Shown here piece after piece: positions 1-13,159 of a DNA stretch of 64,000 nt; the stretch's first letter is position 1; each line of letters starts with the position of its first letter. Source of the stretch: Eledone cirrhosa. Lineage: Eukaryota. The stretch spans positions 34,348,001 through 34,412,000 of the forward strand of contig OZ024744.1 of the NCBI GenBank assembly GCA_964016885.1, read 5' to 3'. Position numbers and translations under genes: made by a program. Below the pieces are notes generated by a model. It searched no databases, was not told the origin of the DNA, and saw nothing but the letters and a program-made list of their open reading frames with translations.

Positions 1-270
1 GAAGAAGAAGACGGAATGAGTGGGAGTGACGTATGAAATTTCTTTTTGGTAGCCATGTTTTTTTTGTTTAAAATGAAATTTTGGGTACAAAACCCCAATA
101 ACTGGTTATTTAACCCCGAAGGGCCAAATAACGGACAGAAAGACCCCTCTCACGAGGAGGAGGGTGTCTTTATCAACAATTTGGTTCAAGTTTTAAACAA
201 TTTACAATTGTTTTAACGGTTAAAAATTACTATACCTTACAGAGCCGAGCCTCCGTCAACCATGGCATTC
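1..270 (-). mobile_element. Probable 5' UTR and ORF1 start (ATG at 56, MATKKKFHTSLP...) of an element that begins right at the (ATT)n tract and runs off the window
   Basis: On the minus strand, unique sequence starts immediately after the (ATT)n tract. A ~215-nt leader is followed by aaaacATGG and a frame open to the window edge. L1/Tx1 identity is inferred from context only. Confidence 0.3.
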
Positions 271-317
<47 letters not shown>

Positions 318-318
<1 letters not shown>

Positions 319-1430
319 TAAAAAGAAATGGATAGGAAGACTAGGAAGCTATTGACTATCTACAACATGTTCCACAAGAGGAGTGATGTCGATAGACTCT
401 ACTTAAGGAGATCTGAAGGTGGAAGAGGTCTTATCGGCATAGAGGACTGTGTTCAGATGGAGAAAAACAACCTACACAAATACGTGACCTATAGTAAGGA
501 GCCAATGCTCAGAACAGTACTGAAGGAGGGGACAGTAGGCCAGGGGATGTCCAAGGAGGAAATAACATCAAGGAGGAAGAGCAGCCTTAAGGGAAAATCC
601 CTTCATAGTACCTTCTTTGAGAAAACTGAATTTAGAGATCCACAGACATGGAACTGGTTGAGAAGAGGAGACCTCAAAAAGGCTACAGAAGGAATGCTAA
701 TGGCTGCGCAGGAGCAGGCCCTCAAAACGAAGTGGTTGAAGCACCATATCTACAAGGAGGAGGCTAGCCCACTGTGCAGGATCTGTGGAGAGAGAGAGGA
801 GACTGTGGCTCACATTGTGTCCGAGTGTAAACACCTAGCCCAGACCCACTATAAGGGCTGGAGACACGATGTGATGGGCAGGGTGATCCACTGGCACCTG
901 TGCAAAGTAAACAATTTACCACATTCTGAGAAATGGTATGAGCATAGGCCAGAGGCGGTGATGGAGAACAATCAGGTGAAGGTGCTGTGGGATTTTAGGA
1001 TACAGACGGACAAAAAACTGGAACACAATAGACCTGACCTGGTGGTTGTGGACAAAGAAAAAAGATCGTGTCTGATTGTGGATGTGGCCTGCCCGTTCGA
1101 CACGAGAGTGCAAGAGAAGGAGAGGGAGAAAATTAACCGATACCAGGACCTAAAGTGGGAGGTGAAAAGGATTTGGAACTGCCATGAAGTCAAAGTGATC
1201 CCGATTGTCATAGGCGCACTGGGGACTATCTCCAAAAGTTTCCAGGGATGGTTAAAGAAAATCGGCCCCTTCACGCTTTTTGGAACGCTTCAAAAGGCAT
1301 GCTTGCTTGGAACAGCAAGAACCCTCCGATACGTCCTGAATATCTGAGGCTGCAGGTAGTGGCTTGATATTCAATCCAACGGACTTTCCAGTTAACCAAC
1401 ATCAATGACTGAGATTCAAGGAATAACAAC
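318..1430 (+). mobile_element. 5'-truncated R4/Dong-clade non-LTR retrotransposon (family A), with CCHC knuckle and restriction-like endonuclease
   Basis: ORF 328-1347 has GGRGL, AAQEQAL, CRICGEREETVAHIVSEC, RHD, RPDLVVVD..IVDVACP and K..RY..L motifs. Both ends are flanked by (AAT)n. Confidence 0.9.
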
Positions 1431-1448
1431 AATAATAATAATAATGAT

Positions 1449-1488
1449 TTCATTTATTAGCCACAAGGGCCGACATGTAGGGGACAAT
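1449..1488 (-). mobile_element. ~40-bp 3'-terminal fragment of the L1/Tx1 element
   Basis: ttcatttattagccacaagggccgacatgtagg(g/t)gacaat matches 3866-3905 with one mismatch and is embedded in AAT repeats. Confidence 0.8.
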
Positions 1489-1507
1489 AATAATAATAAT
1501 AATAACA

Positions 1508-2282
1508 CAAGATCAGTGTCTGCCAACAAAAAATTACCAAGCCAACATAATAAAAAATGGGTGCAGCCCATTATGCCGTGTATGCAAAAAACAACCAGAG
1601 ACCATTGACCATATAATTTCAATGTGCAGTCCTATAGCTCCAACCGAATACCTAAGCAGGCATGACAGAGCTGCACAATACATACATTGGATAATGTGTA
1701 AGCATTTTGACCTGCCCCATCAAAAGAATTGGTGGGAGCATCAACCACCTCCCATACTTGAAAAAGATCACATCTCAATCTTGTGGAACTTTAGCATCCA
1801 AACAGACCGAAAAATAGATGCAAATAGACCTGATATAATATTGAAGAACTTTCAAAAGAGGGTATGCCTGCTAATTGATATGTCTGTTCCAATAGACAAG
1901 AATGTATCTATAAAAACATTTGAAAAATTGAGCAAGTATAAGGACCTGGAGATAGAAATTGGAAAAATGTGGAAATTGAGAACTAAAACAATACCAGTGG
2001 TTGTAGGCGCTCTGGGAATGATACCTAAGGGGTCTAATGATTACATATCGCAAATCCCAGGAAACCCGCGTATAGGAGAAATACAAAAGATAGTACTAAT
2101 GGGAACTGCCCATATACTAAGGAAGATTCTGTCAATATAAGTACATCACAAGTCTAAACACTAAAGATGCATGTGTGAGTATGTATGTTCTTTCTTGAAC
2201 ATGGCGGATATTGTTGTCTCTTGAGGTCACTGGTTGTGACTTGGTGATAACTCGTATGAACATAAAGCAAGATAAATGCAAC

Positions 2283-2284
<2 letters not shown>
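1508..2284 (+). mobile_element. 5'-truncated R4/Dong-clade element (family B, distinct from A)
   Basis: Frame QDQCLPTKNYQ..CRVCKKQPETIDHIISMC, RHD, NRPDIILK..LIDMSVP, K..KYKDL. It is flanked by (AAT)n. Confidence 0.88.
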
Positions 2285-2342
<58 letters not shown>

Positions 2343-2344
<2 letters not shown>

Positions 2345-3848
2345 GCTCTTCGGGAAGAGTGAGAAGAAGTTGGATGTGCTTGTTCACACTGTCCGTATTT
2401 TCAGCAGTGATATATGTATGCAATTTGGTATTAGTAAGTGTGGAGTCATTGTGATGAAGAGGGGTAGATTGAGCAGAAGTAACGGGATCCAGATACCAAC
2501 AGGTGAGATGATAAAGGAAATTGACTCTGAGGAAGGATACAAGTATTTGGGCGTTCTGGAGGCTGATGGCATAAAGAACAAAGAAATGAAGGAATTGATA
2601 AAATCTGAATACATTCGGAGAGTAAGGAGCGTATTAAAGTCACATCTGAACAGTAGGAATACCATAAGTGCAGTAAATTCCCGAGCTGTGTCTATTATTA
2701 GGTACAGTGCAGGAATTCTGAGATGGAATGTTGCTGAACAAAAAGAAATGGATAGGAAGACTAGGAAGCTATTGACTATCTACAACATGTTCCACAAGAA
2801 GAGTGATGTCGATAGACTCTACTTAAGGAGATCTGAGGGTGGAAGAGGTCTTATCAGCATAGAGGACTGTGTTCAGATGGAGAAAAACAACCTACACAAA
2901 TACGTGACTGATATTAAGGAGCCAATGCTCAGAACTGTACTGAAGGAGGGGACAATAGGCCAGGGGATGTCCAAGGAGGAAATAACATCAAGGAGAAAGA
3001 GCAGCCTTAAGGAAAAATCCCTTCAAAGTACCTTCTTTGAGAAAACTGAATTTAGAGATCCACAGACATGGAACTGGTTGAAAAGAGGAGACCTTAAAAA
3101 GGCTACAGAAGGAATGTTAATGGCTGCGCAGGAGCAGGCCCTCAAAACGAAGTGGTTGAAACACCATATTTACAAGGAGGAGGCTAGCCCACTGTGCAGG
3201 ATCTGTGGAGAGAGAGAGGAGACTGTGGCTCACATTGTGTCCGAGTGTAAACACCTAGCCCAGACCCACTATAAGGGCTGGAGACATGATGTGATGGGCA
3301 GGGTGATCCACTGGCACCTGTGCAAAGTAAACAATTTACCACATTCTGAGAAATGGTATGAGCATAAGCCAGAGGCGGTGATAGAGAACGATCAGGTGAA
3401 GGTGCTGTGGGATTTTAGGATACAGACGGACAAGAAGCTGGAACACAATAGACCTGACCTGGTGGTTGTGGACAAAGAAAAAAGATCGTGCCTGATTGTG
3501 GATGTGGCCTGCCCATTCGGCACGAGAGTGCAAGAGAAGGAGAGGGAGAAAATTAACCGATACCAGGACCTAAAGTGGGAGGTAAAAAGGATTTGGAACT
3601 GCCATGAAGTCAAAGTGGTCCCGATTGTCATAGGCGCACTAGGTACTATCTCAAAAAGTTTCCAGGGATGGTTAAAGAAAATTGGCCCCTTCACGCTTTT
3701 TGGAACGCTTCAAAAGGCATGCTTGCTGGGAACAGCAAGAACCCTCCGATACGTCCTGAATATCTGAGGCTGCAGGTAGTGGCTTGATATTCATTTCAAC
3801 AAACTTTCCAGTTAACTAACATCAATGACTGAGACTCAAAGAACAATA
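2343..3848 (+). mobile_element. 5'-truncated R4/Dong-clade element (family A, longer copy with the RT C-terminal half)
   Basis: KLFGKSE..FGISKC..YKYLGV RT thumb motifs, then CCHC and RLE. It is near-identical to 318-1430 and flanked by (AAT)n. Confidence 0.92.
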
Positions 3849-3865
3849 ATAATAATAATAATAAT

Positions 3866-3924
3866 TTCATTTATTAGCCACAAGGGCCGACATGTAGGTG
3901 ACAATACAAAGACAGGGACAGTGT

Positions 3925-3955
<31 letters not shown>

Positions 3956-6900
3956 TTACAATAAGGTCGAGTAAAAGTGCACAATGGCAAGACTAATTTA
4001 ACAATGAAGGTATACAAATATAAAATAAACTATGTATAAATATAACAAAATAAATAAATTCCCTTATCGGGGGTGGACGACCCAGAGGTGACTCAGGTAC
4101 CCCACCAATCCTGAACCACTCTGCGCTTCTAGGGCACCCAGGGAGAGCACCCCTCTCCTCAAATTAGCTATCCTGAAGGCGCATGATCAGAGTAGGCCCA
4201 TTCACCCGGGCCATTCTCGCCACATTCATCCACCTTTTAGCAAATGTACTGGGGGGCAGCACTTCTCTCTCCACCCTCAGCTTCCTTTCCAGGTGAAACT
4301 TGAAAAAGTTGTTGAGGGATTGGCCGAAGAGAAAAGTATCTGTCTTCAGTCCTTTCAACCTAGTCCATCATACAACCTCTTTCGCAACTGCCACCAGACA
4401 GAGGAAAATTGCCTGCTCTTCCTGACCAAAGGAAGGCGGCGGGTCGATCTTCCTTATGGACTCGACCGATAGCCGGATTCGTTCCACACGCGACAGTAGC
4501 TGTTCGACATAACTGCACAAGTCAGTAATACACGGACATTGGTCAAGTGCGTGCAGAACGGTTTCGTCGCTTTGTGCGCATCTTGGGCAGGTCCGTCTGA
4601 CAGCACTTCCGTGCTTGTAGCTCAGTAGTGCCCTCGGTAGCTCTGCCAAGCGAGGGATTTCTGGAAATTGTCCATCGTCCCCGGCTCGAAAGTCCTCCGG
4701 AGCAGACTGGTCAGTTCAACTTCGTCAAGGCCCAAAGCCTCTCCGAGTGCGTCATCGCTCTTGTCCAGCATTAATCTTCTATAGAACTCGAGACTGTAAC
4801 TTCCACTAATCGCATTGCCCGCTTGGTAGAGGGCAGTGAGTGCCTGCCAACATTCCAGGTGCCAGTCACCCAGTCTCGGTCTCTTTTTGACCCAGGACTG
4901 CAGCTCAGTCAAAGAAACGAGATGCGGAAGGGCCCGTCTGATAAACGGCGACCACACCTGATCACCGTTTAGGCAGAATATCTGGAGATGTCGCAGCCTC
5001 AGAGCATGTCTGCGCATCATTAGCCACGGCATGCCCAGCCCTCCGCGTAGAGGGTAATGGCAGCAGATTGACCGCCTTCACCAACGGACATTGTCCTCTC
5101 CACAATAATTTGAAGAGGAGCCGTTCCAACTTGACGAGGTGCGGACGGGGACAAGGCACGCCAATCTGGCGGTAGTAGATGACGGACGCGATGTATGCAT
5201 TCGCCACCTCGACGCGACCTTTCAGTGATAGCTTCCTCACAGCCCATTTTTGGGTGAGACTGGCTACCCTGCTCGTTACCTCGTCCCAATTCTTATCCAC
5301 CTGGAGGTCTGCCCCGAACCAAACCCCGAACAACTTTTTATTGGTCCGTCCGTCCAGCGCCCAACGACGCTGTTGGACGGCATGGACCTGCCTCTCCAGG
5401 TGCCGAATTGCAAGCCCACCGTCAACCTTTCATATTCCTCCAATAAGTTACTCGATTTCTGAGATGTCTGACACCATCACGGTGATGTCGTCCGCATAAG
5501 CCGACACAGCCCTTCCACGTCCCGGTTCGAGCCAGATGCCCTGCAACAGCTCCAGCTTCCGCAGTAAAGGCTCGGACCGATTGGGAGAGCCGAAATTGTT
5601 CCGAGAGGTGGTCATTAACCTTGACCACCGAGCATGTGCGCTGTGCATTGCAGCGATCCAGCTTCTGAAGACAGGGCCGGAGCTAGCCGCTTTGAGAACA
5701 GCCTCCAGATACCGATGGTCGACCCTATCGAATGCTTTCGATTGATCTAAATTGATCAGTGCCCCACCGAAGCCAGGTTTACACACTACCCTCTCAATGA
5801 TGTATCGCATGAGATGGAGATTATCGCGTATGGACCTGGCTGAGATTGCGCAAGTTTGCGCCTCCCCAACCAAATCCTCGAAGACAAGCGCCAATCTCTT
5901 TGCTAACACCTTGGCCATAATTTTAAACTATGTGTTGAGCAGAGTTATGGGCCTGAAGTTATCTAATGTATTCCTTGTTCTCGTCTTTCCTTATCAGCGT
6001 CACCACTCTCCTGCTCACAGAACTGGGAATACTCCCATTCTGCTGCCAGTTGCAGTAAAGTGCTTCGAGGAGATCGGAGAACATGTCTGGCATATTTACG
6101 TAATGGTCGCAGAGCAGACCATCCAAACCGGGTGACTGCGCCTCATGCAGCCGACAAGGGCTTCCTGAATTTCGGCTGAAGTAATCGGCCTTTCGCAGCG
6201 ATCAGCGTCGACCTTCGAGATGCCCGTCAAGCCGTCAAGGTAGGGACTGAAATCCGCTACTCTCTCTGACTCGCCACTCTCCCCGAACAACCGAGCAAAG
6301 TGCTGGCGAAAGGCCTCACACATCTGTTTGGAATCGCTTATCTCGTGTCCGTCTCGGTCCGTCAAAGACCGAATTGTGGTGTTATTACCACGGTGCGACT
6401 CCGACACACGGGCCCATCGAACAGCTTTGGTTCCCTCGTTTCTCAGCGCACGCGCCTTAACTCTGACAATGCAACCTTCGTGTTTCGCATTGAAGAAATG
6501 GTCTAATGCCATTCTCGCCGCTAGCACGTCAGTTGCAATGCCACTACAAATAGCCTCGTCTAACTTATCTACCAGCTCCCCCTCCTTTCTATATTTCACT
6601 AACGCTACTTCTTTGCTGAACTCTAATCTCTCTTTTGAGAGCCCCCACCATCTGTTGCTGATGATCCCTCCTGTCAACTTTTGCTTAACTAAATTGTTGA
6701 CTCGGTCCCTGTAAGCCTTTAGTGTCGGAAATGACATGTTCAACTTCCAGTAACCAGGTCCTAACCTACGTGTCTTATCTAGGTCAACCGTACAGATAAT
6801 AAATTTGTGATATGAATAGGCGACCGTTTTAAAAAGTGGGCAGCCTACACTATTTCTATCTATTTTCCTAATGAAGATCCTGTCTATATACGATCTAGAT

Positions 6901-7710
6901 GACCCTATGCGGTTGGTCCATGTCCACACTGGCGCATTGGGGAAATCTAGTCGATACCTTCAGAGTTGGAACTGGCTGAGTAGGTGCTTGAGGCTTTTGC
7001 ACCCCCCCCCCGCTCCTATCAGCTACTCCCACACAATTCCAGCGTGCGTCTAAGATACCATTCCAGTCCACCGCTAACAGCAAAGGGCGAGATGTACGCA
7101 GAAAGGTTTCCAGGCGCCTAAAGAAGTCTGGTCGTCTGGCCCCAGTAGTGGCGTAGACGGCCACCAGTCTAAAGTCACCACCTTCGTTATTCTTCACGTC
7201 CAGGACCAACTTACCGTCCGGCTCCCGGAATATCGACTTTAGCTCGAGATCCAGACCTTTCCTAAACAACACTGCCACCCCACCTCCTATTCCCTGCCTG
7301 CTAACAGATGCGAAAATCTGATAGTCGTCGAAAATGGGGGCTAGTGCGCAGGTGTCGGAAATCCTGGTCTCGCTGACAGCAATCACATCCATTTCCAGAG
7401 ACCTGAGGTCATTGAGCAGGCGACCCTGCTTCCAGGGTGAGCTCAGGCCGCGAACATTTAAACTTCCTACTCTTAATATGGTCATGTTGGAAAGATAAAA
7501 GAAAGAGGGAAGGTTTACTTACCTCCCGGCGTCTTGTGAATGTCGGGTGGTTCGACCTCCATGGTTGGTGGGGTTTCTTTTGGGAACCCCTTTAAAAGTC
7601 CCGATGTGGTTTTCACATTCGGGGTTCCCACGTCTTGAGGAAAGCTCTCCCGAATTTCTTTGAAGGAATCAAGCGACATTCAGACCAGAAGCAAATCTTC
7701 CGGCACAGCA
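3866..7710 (-). mobile_element. Degenerate L1/Tx1-clade non-LTR retrotransposon (end of ORF1, plus ORF2 with APE, RT and CCHC)
   Basis: APE N-terminus (GSLNVRGL..AVSET, SYIDRIF), GPGYWKLN, LDQSKAFDRVDH, AYADDIT and CPRC..ETVLHALDQCP, spread over frameshifted ORFs 7485-4164. The 3' end has AATAAA followed by (ATT)n. Confidence 0.9.
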
Positions 7711-8509
7711 ACAAGCCATAGGAAATTGCTTTTAAATAATTCACGGTTATTTCGTTGTTCATAAGAAGTCAAGTACTCTTATCCTTCTGCCCACAATGAA
7801 GCTACAGTCAAATGCTCTTTTGCTCTTTATATCAAACATAATATAATACTTAATGGAAAGAAGAGACGTGTCTATAGCAAACTGAGCCGGAAAGAGAGAA
7901 AGAGTAGACTGTAGAAGGGTGTATTGCATTCTTTCACTAAAGATACTAGACTCAACACCCAAACTCGTGTAAAGTAATTCCTCTCATATACTATCTCGCA
8001 ATAGATAAGATGTTTATGTCATAGATCTGCTGAATCATGGTTGACTTAGAGTTAAACAACAACTAAGACTCTTGTTTCCCCAAGTTTTTTTAATTGCTTT
8101 TGAAGCAAGTAAGGTAATATTTATATTCCATTGTTTATTTTGTTCCCGTTGTCTCTGTTCTGTGCGCACCTTGTTTTGAATTCATATTCTAAAGACTTTA
8201 TTTTCGTTACTATCGTATAATAAGCCCCCCCCCCCCCGGTCTGTCTTACCCTATTCTTCCTTCTTACCTTTTCTACGCCTCAGTATCATTCTTCTTTATC
8301 TACATGTTAGACTACAGTCCATATTATTCTTTTCTGTTTTTCTATTTCTCTCCTTTCTATATTTTTTCTATTCTGCGAGACAAACCACAACAGAAACACA
8401 AACCCTCCATCTCAATTTTACTTTTGAAAATCGTAAAAACTGTTAAACCGGTAAAGTAAATAAATAAATATTCATAAAAGACTCCAGTTGCATTTTTAAT
8501 TTCTTTTCC

Positions 8510-8624
<115 letters not shown>

Positions 8625-9094
8625 ATAAAAGAGAAAACACAGGTAAGCATTAAGAGAAGGATTTTATCCAGGTATTTACGACCGTTTCATTGGTAAGTGC
8701 AACCTTATATAGCTATACTGCAAATAGCAGCCACTCAATGATAATTGTTGTTCACGTCCAAATTTTCAAAATAGTGAGTAAGTTACTCTTGAAATAGTTC
8801 TTAATATATAGAGAAAAACATTTTGTTGGAATTGTATTTACTAGTATAGAGAGAGAGGAAGAGGAATTAGAAAGTGGGGGGACAAACGGAATAGTATAGA
8901 GAGAGAGGAAGGGGGAGAAGAGTTAGGAAGTAGAGTGACAAACTGAGATGGAGGGAGGGGTAGAGGTGGAAGGATTCCTTGATCAGTTTTGATATGTAGA
9001 CTTCATGTCGAATGTAGTGAGTTAAAGTGCAATTTCGCTCGTGTTGGTGATGTGGCGTTGCATAGCCTTGATGTAGTTCGGCATGCTGTCTGTT

Positions 9095-9945
9095 GACATC
9101 CTACCAGACTAATCCGTGGAAATTAGCTACCCAGTGTAGAAAGTCCCTGAGAAAGACCCACTTAAAGATTAAGGTGGTAGAAAAGCCAGGAACCACCATA
9201 AAATCCCTGATCAGCAAAACCTACCCTTTTAAGAAAATCCACTGTACTAATAGGAAATGTATCATATGTAAAGTAAACCCCCGGATAAACTGTAAAACTA
9301 GAAAGGTAGTCTATAGCATAAGATGTACAGAGGGTACTTGCAGAAACATAACAACAACATACATAGGCGAGACAGCTCGTAGCATAGGTGAAAGGATAGA
9401 CCAACACTGGGGAAACTAAAAGGACGAAAAAACGGTTCAGTACTATACGAACATGCCAGACAACAACACGACGGTAACATAGACAACATAGAAATTAGAA
9501 TAATATCTAAACATAGAAATGACCCAGCAGATAGGCAAATCAGAGAGGCCAGCGAAATAGAACTTAGAAGGCCAAGGCTAAACAGAAAAAATGAATGGAA
9601 TAACAACAACACCCAAACAAACAACACTGACCTAAGAGAAGTATAAATAAATAAATAAATAAATACATACACAAGCACAATAACAACAACCACATATAAA
9701 CACACGCTAGTAAACTAAGATAGAATACATTAACCAATTCACAGTCACCCAAACACGAACACACATCAAACAAAACACTATACACACACGCAAACGCATG
9801 CGCAGAGAAGACAAAAAAAACAAATAAATAAATAAATAAACAGACTAAATAAAGATGGCGTAGGCATACAATTCAACGGGAGGAAATATAATAGCACCAC
9901 TGACGATGTTGCAGATGTGCAACGAAAGAACTTTGTTAGACTATA
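9095..9945 (+). mobile_element. Penelope-like element 3' fragment (GIY-YIG endonuclease and 3' UTR with hammerhead)
   Basis: VVYSIRC...TYIGETARSIGERIDQH, then R..REA.EI in a shifted frame. It is homologous to 36000-36620 and ends in a TA repeat. Confidence 0.85.
9896..9937 (+). ncRNA. Minimal hammerhead ribozyme motif (stem I decayed)
   Basis: CTGACGA-T-GTTGCA(gatg)TGCAAC-GAAA-GAAC-TT. Only 2 bp of stem I remain. Confidence 0.55.
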
Positions 9946-10156
9946 TATATATGTGTTTGTGTCTATATTGTATCTGTATTTTTGACCGTTGGTCAGTCAA
10001 TGGCAACATTGAGGACCGAATAAATTAAATTAACAGAATAAAAGACACAGAAGCGAAAACCAACGAAACAGTGAGTGGTTCTGTTATTAATTCTGGCAAT
10101 ATCATTACACAAATATGACCCTCCCCAAGTATAACGATATATATATATATATACAT

Positions 10157-11146
10157 AATTGTTTCTACTATTTGGCACAACGCCAGCAAATATCCAGTGC
10201 ATTACTGGTACTTTATTTTATCGACCCCGTGAGGATGAAAGGCAAAGTTAACCTCGGCGGAATTTGAACTCAGAAGGGAAAGGGCCGTAACTCTATGCGT
10301 CAAAGCATGGCGTCCGACTCTACCGATACTGCCAATCCACCGCCCTATACATAATGATATTAAGCTGATCAGATATCGAACAGAAAAGGAGAATCACAGA
10401 AAGATTGAAATAAAAAGAAAGAACGGGCAAAAAGAATGGTTTCTTATATAGGCAAAAGGCCAGCAATTTTGGGGAAGAGGAAAGTCGATTAAATCGACCC
10501 CAGCGCGTGACTGGTATTTATTTTATGGACCTCGTAAGGATGAAAGGCAAAGTTAACCTCGGTGGGATTTGAACTCAAATCATAAAGGGCCATAACTCTA
10601 TACTGCAAAGCATGGCGTCCGAACCTCTACCGATACTACCAATCCACCGCCCTTAGAACGGACAAAAAAATAAGACAAACGCACAGATCAAACAAAGAGG
10701 GGGTGGAGGAAGGGAGTGAAATATGGTGACGGGGGAGTTGGGAGAGGGGGATCAGGCAGAAGACAGATGAATGATTAAAACAAGAAATAATTGTTTCTAC
10801 TTTAGGCACAAGGCCAGAAAATTACCCAGTGCATTACTGGTACTTTATTTTATCGACCCCGTAAGGATGAAAGGCAAAGTCAACCTCGGCGGGATTTGAA
10901 CTCAGATCATAAAGGGACGTAACTATGCTGGAAAGCATGGCGTCCGACCCTGTCAATAGGTCGTTGAACAGAATGAGTATACACTGTACATGCTAGAGAA
11001 TTTGATCCTGTAACTTGTTTTTTTTTAAATGTTGGGATGTTTTTATTTATAATAATAATTGTTTCTAATTTTGGCACAAGGCCAGCAATTAACCAGTACA
11101 TTACTGGTACTTTATTTTATCTACCCCGTAAGGATGAAAGGCAAAG
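10157..11146 (-). mobile_element. Cluster of four tRNA-derived SINE copies (about 10157-10346, 10436-10652, 10788-10950, 11057-11146)
   Basis: Minus strand has an A-box (TGGCAGTATCGG), a B-box (GAGTTCAAATCC/TTCC) and a conserved core GCCTTTCATCCTTACGGGGTCGATAAAA..GTACCAG. This resembles octopus/MetaSINE-type SINEs (from memory). Confidence 0.85.
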
Positions 11147-11289
11147 GATGGAAAGGCAAATAATAATAACAATAATAATAATAATGACAACAATAATAAA
11201 AAAGAATAGCCAAACAGAGAAAAGAGAGAAAAAAAAAGAAAAAAGAACGGGAGGTGGTGGCAAAGAACTCTGGTGTCGCAGAAGAGAGG

Positions 11290-11735
11290 GGAAGGGTGAA
11301 GTGGGAGTGTGTTTGGCCTTTGGGACTAGGGCAAGGGAGCAGAAGTGCTGCGGACAAGATCGCAAAAGCACTCCCGAGGACAATGGCCAGTGACACCCGC
11401 TGCAACAGCCACCCAACCACGCGGGGCTCCTTCTTCAGACGGGCCGCCGACGCTCCGATCTTGCGAGGAGCTCGGCAGTACAGGGACCAAGTTTCATGAG
11501 GTCTCGACGGCAACTGGTGCGAAGAGGAAGCGGCCGGACAAACCCCGTTTATTTTAAGTTCTTATGCGAAGCGGGCTTGTCAGGTTTTGTGGCCGAATCG
11601 ACTAAGTTGGAAGCGGAGAACGTGTCGCAACATGTGGCGTCCCAGATGAGGGATCTACCTTCCTCGATTGGGAAGAGGGTGATTCCGTCGGGGCGCTTGC
11701 CGTCTCCGCGGTCTAGTCCTGCTGGCTCCAGTTGT
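11290..11735 (-). mobile_element. CRE-clade non-LTR retrotransposon 3' fragment (RLE)
   Basis: Minus-strand translation gives LEPAGLDRGDGKRPDGITLFP..GRSLIWDATCCDT and WLLQRVSLAIVLGSAFAI. Confidence 0.8.
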
Positions 11736-12115
11736 GATGGAAATTGTAATCGTTCTAATGTTGTATATTAAGTGTCCAGTTGCCTTGTAAACAAAAAGGC
11801 CGATGGAAAGTAACAGGAAATTCCTTCATGAGGCCATAGTGTTTTACGAAGTCAAAGGAATGACCAGAAATTCAGTCGAACAAAATGGTTTGCGATATTC
11901 TGGTTCTTTACGTTCTGAATTCAATTTTGTTTTTCATTCTACCAGAGTAAATAAACACAAAGTACCAGTCACGTATTGGTGTCGATAATTGACTATTATT
12001 GGGACAACAGAGCCCAAATTCCCTGCGCAGCCATGGAGCTCCGACAACAGTGGAATTGGCACACCAGCTAGAGTGTTGTGTGTATGTGTGTGTGTATATA
12101 TGCATGTATATATAT

Positions 12116-12712
12116 GTCAGGTCACCAGTTGGTGCTACTGGTAACATGTATTCCAGTACAACCTGTCTCATGGTCGGGTCGGTGGCAACTAAACTGGCGA
12201 CCCCACCAAGGTTTCTTGGTGAGGAGGGTGACTTTGGACATCCTTCAGGACTAAAAACAAAACCTGTCAAAGGGCAAAGGAGCTCTTAAGAGTCAATGGC
12301 CATCCAAAATCACCGGGAGAGATGACCCCTTAGCCTTTTCTAGGAGAAGGAAAACTCTGATATAACACCTGCAACCCTGATGGTATCCAATGATGTTGAC
12401 TTGTTCTTCTTTTTGGTAAATATCATCTTGGTTAAGAGAGTGGGACTGGCTTTGTGCAGTGCCTTTGCTCACTATAAAAGCTTGACAGCACAGGCATTGC
12501 TTTATATCTGGAGATCTCTCTGCACTTGTCGTCACATGGTACCATGGGCCTAGCACTATGTGTCAATAATTGTCACAAGTGTAGTGTTTGTACCAGAGTT
12601 TTCAAGTCGCTGGCTGGACTAAAAAGTCACACTCGTTCAGCGCATCGGTAGGGGTTCTCCTACATGGATATAAAGTAGTGGCCGTACTCGAAAACGAGTT
12701 GGCAGCCACCAT
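12116..12712. mobile_element. ~600-bp non-coding interspersed element (copy 1)
   Basis: A highly similar inverted copy lies at 36968-37579. Both copies are bounded by TA-rich microsatellite. Confidence 0.75.
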
Positions 12713-12799
12713 ATATATGTAGGTGCGTGCGTATTTGTGTATATGTGTGTGTGTATGTGTGTGTGTGTATGTGTGTGTTGGATCTCATGAATGTTTGAT

Positions 12800-13090
12800 C
12801 GACGAAACAGCCTGCTCTTGAAATTAACGTGCAAGTTGTTGAGAATTTCACAGACGCGTGTACCATTAACATGGTTACCAAGGAGCTTCAGCGTGACAAA
12901 GACAATCATTTAAATTACAGTTACAACTGTAATTCAAATTTTTTTTTTTTTTTTTGTCAGCTGAATGGACCAATGCAACATAAAATAAGACATCTTGCTC
13001 CTGAACCCCGCCTTGAACGGGACACCCGATCGTGACCCCAAACACCCTACTCAAACACTAAGTCAAGTGTCTTCACATCGGCTGGAGTAC
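12800..13090. mobile_element. SINE fragments (gaaattaacgtgcaag..cagcgtgaca family) plus a tRNA-like head on the minus strand
   Basis: Similar to 26080-26200. Pol III box-like sequence at 12990-13080 on the minus strand. Confidence 0.45.
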
Positions 13091-13159
13091 ATTTCCACCG
13101 TTGCATCAATATTATCTATCAGTCACATGAATATTAACTTCCTATATTATTGCTAACGC

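Noticed and set aside
2211-2342. N-terminal poly-Asn extension of the 518-aa ORF
   Set aside because: It is read-through from the upstream element's 3' UTR and the (AAT)n target into a 5'-truncated element.
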